Assembly: GCA_039587315.1 (NCBI GenBank)
Contig: JBDHIS010000001.1
Location: 39-64,038, forward strand
Reading direction: 5' to 3'
Source of the DNA: Gemmatimonadota bacterium
GTDB lineage: Bacteria; Gemmatimonadota; Gemmatimonadetes; Gemmatimonadales; GWC2-71-9
Length of the DNA: 64,000 nt
In this document: positions 20,134 to 28,348 of the stretch, one piece after another
How the letters are laid out: every line of letters starts with the position of its first letter
Position numbering within the stretch: position 1 is the stretch's first letter
Notes under the pieces: generated by a model
What the model saw: the letters and a program-made list of their open reading frames with translations, nothing else
Database searches by the model: none
What the model was told of the DNA's origin: nothing
Program-made: the position numbers and the translations under genes

Positions 20134-21237
20134 ATGCTGCGCCTCGGAATAGTCGGCCTCCCCAACGTCGGTAAATCGACTCTCTTCAACGCCCTCACCC
20201 AGGGCGGCGCAGCAGCCTCGAACTACCCCTTCTGCACGGTCGACCCCAACGTCGGCGTAGTACCGGTGCCCGATGACCGTCTCGAGCGGCTTGCCGCAAC
20301 GGTGGGTCAGGACAACGTCGTCCATGCCACGGTGGAGTTCTTCGACATCGCGGGGCTGGTCGAGGGCGCCAGCAAGGGTGAGGGATTGGGAAACCAGTTC
20401 CTGGGTCACATCCGCGGTGTGGACGCAGTCGTGCACGTTGTGCGCTGCTTCGACGACGCCGACGTCACGCACGTCACCGGCGCGGTAGACCCCGTGCGGG
20501 ACCACGACATAGTGACGACCGAGCTGGCGCTCGCCGACCTGGCCGTGGTCGAACGCCGTCTAGAGCGGGTGGCGAAGCTCGCACGGTCCGGGGACAAGGA
20601 GGCCCAGGGCGAGGAGGTGTTGCTCGAGCGGGTGATCGCGGCGCTCGATACCGGCCGCGGCGCCCGTGAAGCGGCGAGCGACGGACACGACGCTGCGGTG
20701 CTTGCCGGGCTCGGGCTCCTCACGCTCAAACCGGTGCTCTACGCCGCAAACGTCAGCGAGGACGACCTCTCCGCCGAGCGGCTCGAAGCCGTCGATGCAC
20801 TGCGCGGCGCGGCGCGAGAGCACTCCGAGACCGCGGATGTGGTGGTCGTGTCGGCCCGGTTCGAGGCGGAGCTGGCAGAGCTCGATCCGGTCGAGCGCAG
20901 CGAGTTCCTCGAGGCGGCGGGCGTCGAGGACGCCGGATTCCGGCGCCTCATCGCCGCGAGCTACGAGTTGCTCGACCTGATCACGTTCTTCACCGTGGTG
21001 GGGGACAAGGAGGTGCACGCCTGGACCGTGCGGCGCGGCGCCACCGCATACGAGGCCGCCGGAGTGATCCACAGCGATTTTCAGCAGGGGTTCATTCGGG
21101 CGGAAGCGATCGACGTGGATCGGTTCGTCGAGGCTGGTTCGTACAAGGACGCCAGGGAGCAGGCGCTGCTCCGGAGCGAGGGCAAGGATTACGTGGTCCA
21201 GGACGGCGAGGTGCTGCTGTTCCGGCACCACACGTGA
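20134..21237 (+). CDS. ychF: redox-regulated ATPase YchF
   Basis: GIVGLPNVGKSTLFNALT, FCTVDPNVGVV, FFDIAGLVEGAS and the C-terminal TGS-like HSDFQQGFIRAE. Confidence 0.95.
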   Translation: MLRLGIVGLPNVGKSTLFNALTQGGAAASNYPFCTVDPNVGVVPVPDDRLERLAATVGQDNVVHATVEFFDIAGLVEGASKGEGLGNQFLGHIRGVDAVVHVVRCFDDADVTHVTGAVDPVRDHDIVTTELALADLAVVERRLERVAKLARSGDKEAQGEEVLLERVIAALDTGRGAREAASDGHDAAVLAGLGLLTLKPVLYAANVSEDDLSAERLEAVDALRGAAREHSETADVVVVSARFEAELAELDPVERSEFLEAAGVEDAGFRRLIAASYELLDLITFFTVVGDKEVHAWTVRRGATAYEAAGVIHSDFQQGFIRAEAIDVDRFVEAGSYKDAREQALLRSEGKDYVVQDGEVLLFRHHT

Positions 21238-21339
21238 CCGCCCCTTCCCTTCCACCCCCGCCGTAACTAGCTTCCCCGCTCACAAATCACCTACTCCGTC
21301 CGGCACTGGGCGGGGTCAACTAGTCCAAAGGATGGTGCC

Positions 21340-21801
21340 ATGACCCGCCAGTACGAGCTGGTCTACATCTTCGACAGCGCGCTGGAAGAGACGCAGATCA
21401 ACGAGCGTCTCGATCGCTTCCACTCCCTGCTCATAAGTCCCGAGGCGCCTGAGCCCGTCACCTCGACGAACCACTGGGGCAAGCGCTCGCTCGCCTACTC
21501 CATTCAGGGCAAGGCAATCGGCTACTACGTCGTCGTGCAGTTCAAGACGCAGCCGGACGTGCTGGGTGAGCTGGAGCGCCAGCTGAAGCTGGACGAGTCG
21601 GTGCTGCGCTACCTCATAGTGCTGAACGAGGGGCCGGCGCCAATGCCCCCGAGGGTCGACGAGGGCCCGGCCGCCAAGAAGGCCGCAGAGGGCCAGGGCG
21701 CGACCGACCAGAAAGCAGCCGACGAGAAACCAGCCGATGCCGCGAGCGTGAGTGCGCCCGCCGCTGAGGTCGAGGCTGAGAAGGCCGAGGAGGGCAAATG
21801 A
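21340..21801 (+). CDS. rpsF: 30S ribosomal protein S6 (with Ala/Glu/Lys-rich C-terminal extension)
   Basis: MTRQYELVYIFDS...NHWGKRSLAYSIQGKAIGYYVVVQF. Confidence 0.9.
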   Translation: MTRQYELVYIFDSALEETQINERLDRFHSLLISPEAPEPVTSTNHWGKRSLAYSIQGKAIGYYVVVQFKTQPDVLGELERQLKLDESVLRYLIVLNEGPAPMPPRVDEGPAAKKAAEGQGATDQKAADEKPADAASVSAPAAEVEAEKAEEGK

Positions 21802-22019
21802 GGCGCCCCCGCAAGACTTGCCCGGTGTGTGAATCCGGTGTCCGCGTAGTGGACTACAAGGACGAGCGAACTCTCTCCCGCTTCCTCACCGACCGCGGGA
21901 AGATCATCCCGGCGCGGCTTTCCGGAATGTGCGCCCGGCACCAGCGTCAGCTTGCCCGCGCCATGAAGCGTGCCCGGCATCTGGCCCTGATTCCGTTCCT
22001 CCGCGGCCAGTCGCGCTGA
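21798..22019 (+). CDS. rpsR: 30S ribosomal protein S18
   Basis: ATGA overlap with rpsF. VDYKDERTLSRFLTDRGKIIPARLSGMCARHQRQLARAMKRARHLALIPF. Confidence 0.9.
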   Translation: MRRPRKTCPVCESGVRVVDYKDERTLSRFLTDRGKIIPARLSGMCARHQRQLARAMKRARHLALIPFLRGQSR

Positions 22020-22022
22020 CGC

Positions 22023-22985
22023 ATGTCGCCGTCCGGGCAAGCGCCGCAGGGCGGGCTCGGGCGACTGGTTGCGGGTACCGTCGCGCTGGCCCTGGTAGCC
22101 CCGGCGGGCGTGGTCGCCCTGCCCCTGGCGGTCCTGCTGACCACTACCCCGTCGCGCACCCGAGCCGAGCTCATAACGGCTGGTATCGCGAGCGGTCTCG
22201 CCGCCTGGTGGCTGCTGGGACCCGGCCAGCTGCCGGACCAGATGTTGCGCGCAGCAGCGGTTCTGGCGACGGCCGGGTTCGTCGTGTTCACTCTGCGCAC
22301 GGGGCTCTCGTTCACGTATCGGGCCCTGGCGTCCCTCGCCGTCTCCATGGTCGGAGTCTCGGCTCTGCTGCTGATGGTCGGCGCGTCGTGGGGCGAGCTC
22401 CGCTGGTGGGTGGCGAATCGGTCCGGCCTGGCGACGCGGTCCCTCATGGGGATGCTGTGGTCGAGAGTGTCAATAACCGAAGCCACGGACACCGCCTCAC
22501 CAGCTCTTACGCAGCTCGAGGAGTCGTTGGGAACCATGGTCGAGCTGACGGCCGATTTCCTGCCGGCCATCACCGCGCTGGAGCTGCTGGCGGGGCTGGC
22601 GCTCGCGACCGCTATCTACCACCGCGTGGCGCGGCAGCCGCGCGGCCGGCCGCTGGGACGGTTCCGGGATTTCCGGTTCTCGGAGCATCTTGGATGGGCG
22701 CTGGTGCTGCCGCTGATCGCGATCCTGGTGCCCAAGCTGGTTGCGGCCAAGGCGGCGGCGGCGAACCTGCTGCTGCTGGGCGCCGCGCTGTACGCTCTGC
22801 GGGGAGCGGCCGTAGCGGTCTTCGCGCTGCACGCGTTCGGGGCCGGCGGGTTCTTCCTGTGGCTGTTCCTTACGGTGATACTTGTGTTGATGTTGCCCTT
22901 CGTCCTCGGCGGTGCCATTCTGTTGGGCGTGCTGGACGGAGGGCTGGACCTCAGACGACGGTGGAGGAACGCCGCCGCCAGGTGA
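22023..22985 (+). CDS. polytopic membrane protein (DUF2232/YybS-like), in the rpsR-rplI context
   Basis: Multiple hydrophobic helices. Its position between rpsR and rplI matches YybS-type proteins in other phyla. Assigned mainly by context. Confidence 0.55.
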   Translation: MSPSGQAPQGGLGRLVAGTVALALVAPAGVVALPLAVLLTTTPSRTRAELITAGIASGLAAWWLLGPGQLPDQMLRAAAVLATAGFVVFTLRTGLSFTYRALASLAVSMVGVSALLLMVGASWGELRWWVANRSGLATRSLMGMLWSRVSITEATDTASPALTQLEESLGTMVELTADFLPAITALELLAGLALATAIYHRVARQPRGRPLGRFRDFRFSEHLGWALVLPLIAILVPKLVAAKAAAANLLLLGAALYALRGAAVAVFALHAFGAGGFFLWLFLTVILVLMLPFVLGGAILLGVLDGGLDLRRRWRNAAAR

Positions 22986-22992
22986 GTAGACG

Positions 22993-23439
22993 ATGGAAGT
23001 GATCCTCAGAAAGACGATAGATAACGTCGGCGAGGCCGGCGAGATCGTGAAGGTGAAGGACGGCTACGCGCGGAATTTCCTGATCCCGCGCGGGCTCGCT
23101 TATCAGGCTACCGAAGACAACCGGCGGCGCGCCGAGGCCGAGGCAGCCCGCCGCGCCGGCAAAGTGGCCTCCGACCGGGCTGACGCCGAGGCACTGGCGA
23201 CGCGGCTGGAAAGTCTAGAACTTCATTTCAATGCCAAGGCGGGCGAGGGCGACAAGCTGTTCGGCTCCATCACCTCCGGTGACATCGCCGAGCAGGTGGG
23301 CGCCCAGGGGTTCACGCTCGACAAGCGGGTGATCGAGCTCGAAGAGCCGATCAAGATGATCGGTATCTACAAGGTGCCGGTCCGTCTGCATCCCGAGGTC
23401 CGGACCGAGCTCAGGGTCTGGGTCGTGAAAGAAGAGTGA
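22993..23439 (+). CDS. rplI: 50S ribosomal protein L9
   Basis: MEVILRKTIDNVGEAGEIVKVKDGYARNFLIPRGLA. Confidence 0.92.
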   Translation: MEVILRKTIDNVGEAGEIVKVKDGYARNFLIPRGLAYQATEDNRRRAEAEAARRAGKVASDRADAEALATRLESLELHFNAKAGEGDKLFGSITSGDIAEQVGAQGFTLDKRVIELEEPIKMIGIYKVPVRLHPEVRTELRVWVVKEE

Positions 23440-25250
23440 CAGCGACAGCAACCGGCATTACCTACCTCGACGGCCCGCGCCTTAGGCGGGTCCTCCTCGC
23501 GGCAGCCGATTGGGTGGACGCGGGGCGGGAAGAGTTGAATCGCATCAACGTCTTCCCAGTGCCCGACGGCGACACCGGCACGAACTTCACGATGACGTTC
23601 CGCGCGGCGGCCGAGGGCGTGCGGGCCCTGAATGGCGATGCCAACCTGCCCGACGTCACCCACGCGATGGCCGAGGCCTGCGTGTTCGGTGCGCGCGGCA
23701 ACTCCGGCATGCTCCTCTCCCAATTCCTGCTCGGCTTCCGCGAGTCCCTGGGGAATCTCAAGACGGCCGGAGCGAGGGACGTCGCCCTCGCGATGCGGTG
23801 CGGCGCCGATCATCTGTACCGCTCCCTGGACGATCCGGTGGAGGGGACGATCCTCACCGTCTCACGCGAAGTGGCCGACGCCGCCGAGTGGTCCGCCGGG
23901 CGCACACACAACCTCCAGGAGATGATGCGGCACGTGATGCGGCGCGCCGAGGTCTCCCTCAGGCGCACGCCCGAGCTTCTGGCGGTGCTCAGGGAGGCCG
24001 GCGTCGTGGACGCCGGCGCCAAGGCGTTCGTGCGCGTGCTCGAGGGGTGCGTCCGGGTCATCGAGGGCGACCCGATCCTCGCGGCCACTGAACCGGTTCA
24101 GTTCACGGTGCCCGACGCAGCGGCCATGGCCGCAGTAGCCGCCGACCAGGATTACGGCTACTGCACCGAGGCCCTGGTCAGAGGAGCGGGGTTCCCGCCG
24201 AGCACCGAGATCCGCGCCGCGCTTAGGAAGCTGGGTGGCTCGATCGTGGTGCTGGCCACCGAGGATCTCCTCAAGGTTCACATACACACGGACACGCCGC
24301 AGGCGGTGTTCGACCTCGCCGAGTCGTGGGGCACGATCCAGACCACCAAGGCCGACGACATGCGCGAGCAGCACCGCGAGCTGCACGAGGCGCACCGGCG
24401 CATCAGCGTGGTGGTCGATTCTTCCTGTGACCTGCCGGACGACCTTGTGGACGCCCACGGAATGGTGGTCGTGCCGCTGCAGGTGATAGCCGGGAACGAG
24501 ACGTTCCAGGACCGGCTGGAGATCCGGGGCGAGGAGCTGTACGACCGCATGCGCGAGAACGGTGAGATCTTCACGACCTCGCAGCCCCCTCCCGGTGCGT
24601 TCGTGCGTGCGTTCGAGGACGCCCTGTCCAGCTCGGACGAGGTGATCGCTCTGTTCGTGGCGAGCGCGCTTTCCGGTACTCTGGCTTCGGCCGAGGCAGC
24701 CGCCCGAGCACGCGACCAGAGCGACTCGGTGACGATCGTGGATTCGCGATCCGCTTCGTACGGCCTGGGCATGCTGGCGCTGAAGGCGGCGGAACTGGTC
24801 GAGGCAGGGTGGGAGCTCCCCGCCATCCACAAGGAGCTGGAGCGGGTACGCAACCAATCCGGCGCGCTGTTCACGGTGGACATCTTCGACAACCTGCTGC
24901 GCTCCGGCCGCGTGAGCCGCGGCCGCGCCTGGCTCGGAGGCCTGCTCGACATCAAGCCCATCCTGGAGGTGAACCAGGAAGGCCGCGTAGTGCCGCTGGA
25001 CCGCGTTCGCGGCCGTGAGGCCCTGGTGCCGCGCGTGATGTCGCACCTGGAGCGGAGGCTCACGCCGAGGCCCGAGTCGCTCAGGATCGCCGTAGCGCAC
25101 GCCGGAGTGCCCGAGCTGGCCGCGAGCATCCGCGACGAGGTGGTGCAGCGCTTCAACCCGCGCGAGTGCTTTGTGAGCCCGGTGACCGCCGCCCTCGGCG
25201 TCCACACCGGCCCCGGCGCCTGGGGCATCTTCTACCAGGTCGAGGATTGA
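23436..25250 (+). CDS. Dak2 (FakA-like) domain fused to a DegV/FakB-like fatty-acid-binding domain
   Basis: N-terminal part: FPVPDGDTGTNF, GARGNSGMLLSQF, GVVDAGAKAF, YGYCTEALV...KVHIHTDTP (FakA/YloV-like). C-terminal part: ISVVVDSSCDLPDD...TTSQPPPGAFVRAFE...SGTLASAE...LLDIKPIL (DegV-like). GTGA overlap with rplI. Confidence 0.82.
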   Translation: MTATATGITYLDGPRLRRVLLAAADWVDAGREELNRINVFPVPDGDTGTNFTMTFRAAAEGVRALNGDANLPDVTHAMAEACVFGARGNSGMLLSQFLLGFRESLGNLKTAGARDVALAMRCGADHLYRSLDDPVEGTILTVSREVADAAEWSAGRTHNLQEMMRHVMRRAEVSLRRTPELLAVLREAGVVDAGAKAFVRVLEGCVRVIEGDPILAATEPVQFTVPDAAAMAAVAADQDYGYCTEALVRGAGFPPSTEIRAALRKLGGSIVVLATEDLLKVHIHTDTPQAVFDLAESWGTIQTTKADDMREQHRELHEAHRRISVVVDSSCDLPDDLVDAHGMVVVPLQVIAGNETFQDRLEIRGEELYDRMRENGEIFTTSQPPPGAFVRAFEDALSSSDEVIALFVASALSGTLASAEAAARARDQSDSVTIVDSRSASYGLGMLALKAAELVEAGWELPAIHKELERVRNQSGALFTVDIFDNLLRSGRVSRGRAWLGGLLDIKPILEVNQEGRVVPLDRVRGREALVPRVMSHLERRLTPRPESLRIAVAHAGVPELAASIRDEVVQRFNPRECFVSPVTAALGVHTGPGAWGIFYQVED

Positions 25251-25633
25251 CGACCGCCAAGTCCCCCGGTACGAGAATTGCCAAGGAGGCGCGCCGCGAC
25301 CTCGAGCTCGCCGTGTCCGCTCTGGAAGAGCACAAGGCGCTCGACGTGGTCGTCCTCGATCTGCGCAAGATCAGCGACGTGGCCGACTTCTTCGTCATCG
25401 CGACTGGATCGTCGGACGTTCATGTGCGGACCCTCGCCGAGAGCGTGCTGGAGGCAGTGGAGGGCGCGGGACGCACGGCGCACCACGTGGAGGGAGTCTC
25501 CGCCGGGCGCTGGGCGCTGCTCGACTTCGTGGACGTCGTAATCCACCTGTTTCATCCCACACTCAGGGAGTACTACCAGCTGGAGCGCCTCTGGGCTGAC
25601 GCGCCCCTCGTGGCAGCCGGTTCCGCAGGGTGA
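25247..25633 (+). CDS. rsfS: ribosome silencing factor RsfS (iojap-like)
   Basis: TTG 25247 overlaps the upstream TGA (TTGA). LEEHKALDVVVLDLRKISDVADFFVIATGSSDVHVRTLAESV...WALLDFVDVVIHLFHPTLREYYQLERLW. Confidence 0.8.
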   Translation: MTTAKSPGTRIAKEARRDLELAVSALEEHKALDVVVLDLRKISDVADFFVIATGSSDVHVRTLAESVLEAVEGAGRTAHHVEGVSAGRWALLDFVDVVIHLFHPTLREYYQLERLWADAPLVAAGSAG

Positions 25634-25688
25634 CGGCGGCGGCCCACCGCGTCTTGCGAGCCCCTCCAACCTCCCCTAGCTTGCCCCA

Positions 25689-27080
25689 GTGCTGCGCCGC
25701 CCCACCCTCCTGATCGTCCTCGCGGGCCTGGTCGCCTGCGACTCCGGACAACGCTCCAACCCCGTGCAAGAGGCGTTTGCCCAGGCGCGCCCCGTGGTGG
25801 ACAGCGGTGCGTCGGTCACGTTCCGGTTCCCGGCGACGCCGAACCGCGACGCCAGCCTATACCGACTGCCCGAGCTCGAAGAGGTGGCTTGGCGCTTCGA
25901 GGCCGGCAGCGAGCCGGTGGCGGCGTCGGTCGGCTTCGCCGGCGACGACGACCTCATCTACGTGCTGAACGTGCTGGACGAGCTCGTGGCGCTGGATCTC
26001 GCCAGTGGCCGCGCTCGGGTCGTCGACACCGGGGTGGTGGCGTCCGTGCTGGGACCCACGGGAACACCGTTTACGGTGCGTCATGACGGCTCCGTGGCCC
26101 GGATCAGCCAGCGTTCGGCGGTGGCCTGGTCGGGCGGCTTCGACACCGTGCCCACGGCGCTGTGGGGCGCGGCCAGGGACCGTCTGGTGGCGCTGACTCC
26201 GGGCGAAGAGGCCCGCATGCTGACGCTCCTGGCCGACGGCCAGCCCCCCGTTTCGCAGCAGCTTCCGGTCGGGGACGTAGCCGTCTCGCGTTGGGGCGAC
26301 GTCGCGGGGGTGGCCGTGGACAGCGGGCTCGTCCTGGTGGACCCGGCGGGGTCTGCGCCGCGCCGCTTCGTGGAGCTGCGCAACATACCGCAGCGCGTCG
26401 CGTTCTCTCCCTCGGGTCACAAGGCATACGTGGTCGGAGCCTGGGGCGTTCTGGTTTCCGTGGACCGCTTCGGTCTCATCGTGCAGGACTCGCTCGCGCT
26501 GCCGGGCGCCGCACACAGCCTCCGGGTGGACCCGTTCGGACGGGTTCTGCTCGTGGAAGCGGAGCTGGGAGACGTGATCTGGGCAGTGGACGTCGTGGAT
26601 TGGCGGTTGGTGGCGACGCTCGAAGGCGAATGGGACGCGGAGCTGCCGGCCATCGCACCGGACGGCACTGTCTTGCTGCGCCACGGAGGTCAGGTGGTCG
26701 CACTCTCCGACGGAGTGCTCACGCCGGTGGGGCGAACCGCGGACGAGGAGGGCGACCGCTGGCTTCTCATGGCCTGGGATCCACGGCGCCCTGGGTTGGA
26801 GTTCGCCACCACTCCCGGCGCACCGCAGGCGGACGAGGAGAGCCAGCTCATCTACGTGCAGGTGAGCAGTACCAGCAACCGTGACTGGGCCGTCGATCTC
26901 GCCACAAACCTGGGCCGCGCCGGCATGCAGGCAACAGTGCTCAACCCACGCACCATCGACGAGCCATACCGCGTGGTGTTGGGCCCCTACCCCACCCGTG
27001 ACGAGGCCGAATCGACGGGGCGGTCGCTGGGACTGCCGTTCTGGATCTTCACGCTGGACACGGCGACGACTATCCCATGA
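25689..27080 (+). CDS. lipoprotein with repeat-rich (beta-propeller-like) body and C-terminal SPOR domain
   Basis: MLRRPTLLIVLAGLVAC is a lipobox. The C-terminal IYVQVSSTSNRDWAVDLATNLGRAGMQATVL...YRVVLGPYPTRDEAESTGRSLG is a SPOR-type peptidoglycan-binding motif. Confidence 0.7.
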   Translation: MLRRPTLLIVLAGLVACDSGQRSNPVQEAFAQARPVVDSGASVTFRFPATPNRDASLYRLPELEEVAWRFEAGSEPVAASVGFAGDDDLIYVLNVLDELVALDLASGRARVVDTGVVASVLGPTGTPFTVRHDGSVARISQRSAVAWSGGFDTVPTALWGAARDRLVALTPGEEARMLTLLADGQPPVSQQLPVGDVAVSRWGDVAGVAVDSGLVLVDPAGSAPRRFVELRNIPQRVAFSPSGHKAYVVGAWGVLVSVDRFGLIVQDSLALPGAAHSLRVDPFGRVLLVEAELGDVIWAVDVVDWRLVATLEGEWDAELPAIAPDGTVLLRHGGQVVALSDGVLTPVGRTADEEGDRWLLMAWDPRRPGLEFATTPGAPQADEESQLIYVQVSSTSNRDWAVDLATNLGRAGMQATVLNPRTIDEPYRVVLGPYPTRDEAESTGRSLGLPFWIFTLDTATTIP

Positions 27081-28348
27081 CGCCGCGGGACCTCCCCAGG
27101 TCTCAGTTCCTCGCGACCGTCACCGAGCTAGTCGCACCGGCCAGCGTCGTTGCGCTGGTCCAGTTCGGTTCCGACGAGCCCAACTCCGATTTGCCGTGGG
27201 CAGTGGCGCGCCGCGTGGCACACGCAGGCCGGCGCGTGGCCCTCATTGACCTCGGCCTGGAGCGGCCCCTGCTGGCCACTCCCGAGGCCGACCCCGACGA
27301 GGGGATCGCGGACGCCTTCCTGTACGGCGCCTCACTGCAGCGCGTGGCTACGGAGCAGGACGTGGAGGGACTGTTCTACGTCGGAGTGGGTACCGAGCCC
27401 GCGACCCCCGCGGACGTGTGGAGCCACGAGCGGTGGGGACGCCTGGCGCGCGGATTCGCGAACGAGGGAGCGCTCCTCGTGCTGGCCGTTCCACCCGAGG
27501 GACTCGAGCACCTCGGGATCGAGCCGGACTGGGTCGTCGGGCTGGCCACAGGAAAGCGCGGCGAGGAACCTGAGAGCCACCCCGCACTCGATGCGCTCCG
27601 CACCGCGGGCAAGTCCGTGACTCTGGTGCTGGCCGACGCTGCGCCGGGGGCGGCGAGCCGACCCACGCCCCCGAGGCCCCGGAGACCCGTGGCGACCAGG
27701 CGCGTGAGGCCTCGGCGGCGGCGCTGGGTTCTCGCCGGCATCGGGGCGGCGGGGATCGCAGCTGCGGGCGCCCTGCTGCTCCTGCCGGGAGAAGGAAGCG
27801 GCTCGGCCCCGGCGCCCGCCAGCGCGCCGTTCACGCCGGCGATGCCTGCCGGTGGCGCGATCCGGGAGGCAGACTCGCTCTACTACGCCGTTCAGGTGGC
27901 CGCCTTCGCAAGCATGGAGAACGCGCTCGAGCGGGGGCGAGACTTCGAGCGCGCCGGCTGGACCGTCACGGTGACCCCGGTTCGCCTCGGCGGAAGCGGC
28001 ACGTGGCACCGGCTCGTCGTCGGGGCGCTACCCGACCCGGCCGAGGCCGGGCGGGCGCTCACGCGACTGTGGCGCTCCGGGCTGGTGGACCAGCCCAACG
28101 GCACCATCCTCAGGACACCGCACACGATCAGGGTTCCTGGGGGCCCAGATTCGGCAGCCGCAGCCCAGACCCTCGAGGGGCTACGTGCGCGCGGCCTGCC
28201 AGCGTACATTGTGGAGGCGCCAGACGGGTCCCCGAGGCTCTACGTGGGCGCGTTCGAAACCCCTCAGCAGGCGCGCCTGGCAGACTCCATTCTCGCGGCC
28301 GCGAACGTCGAGGGCACACTCGTACTACGGGCAGGGAAGGCCAGATGA
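27077..28348 (+). CDS. bitopic protein: degenerate MinD/BY-kinase-like N-domain, Pro/Arg linker, TM helix, two SPOR domains
   Basis: ATGA overlap upstream. VALVQFGSDEPNSD sits where a Walker A loop would be. RRVALIDLGLERPLL and ALLVLAVPP resemble the MinD/ParA fold. TM helix WVLAGIGAAGIAAAGALLLL. SPOR repeats YYAVQVAAFASMENALERG... and PAYIVEAPDGSPRLYVGAFETPQQA. Confidence 0.65.
   Translation: MTPRDLPRSQFLATVTELVAPASVVALVQFGSDEPNSDLPWAVARRVAHAGRRVALIDLGLERPLLATPEADPDEGIADAFLYGASLQRVATEQDVEGLFYVGVGTEPATPADVWSHERWGRLARGFANEGALLVLAVPPEGLEHLGIEPDWVVGLATGKRGEEPESHPALDALRTAGKSVTLVLADAAPGAASRPTPPRPRRPVATRRVRPRRRRWVLAGIGAAGIAAAGALLLLPGEGSGSAPAPASAPFTPAMPAGGAIREADSLYYAVQVAAFASMENALERGRDFERAGWTVTVTPVRLGGSGTWHRLVVGALPDPAEAGRALTRLWRSGLVDQPNGTILRTPHTIRVPGGPDSAAAAQTLEGLRARGLPAYIVEAPDGSPRLYVGAFETPQQARLADSILAAANVEGTLVLRAGKAR

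Noticed and set aside
18187-20505. Very long antisense or alternative-frame ORFs. Examples: 772 aa at 18187-20505 opposite hppA; 1128-2732 opposite the lipoprotein; 3443-4933 and 6088-7437 opposite the kinases; 11891-13249; 23862-25205; 37490-38971; 59738-61288.
   Set aside because: Their translations are Arg/Gly/Pro/His-rich with no recognisable motifs. Each lies opposite a gene with clear homology-type motifs. Long stop-free antisense frames are expected in GC-rich DNA.
14506-25681. Recurring CTAGCT / AACTAG motif in 5' intergenic regions: 14506, 15732 upstream of prs, 21267 and 21318 upstream of rpsF, and 25676 upstream of the SPOR lipoprotein gene.
   Set aside because: It is suggestive of a promoter or regulatory element. 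However, CTAG also occurs many times inside coding regions in this window, spacing to the start codons is inconsistent, and I cannot compute enrichment. Left unresolved rather than claimed.
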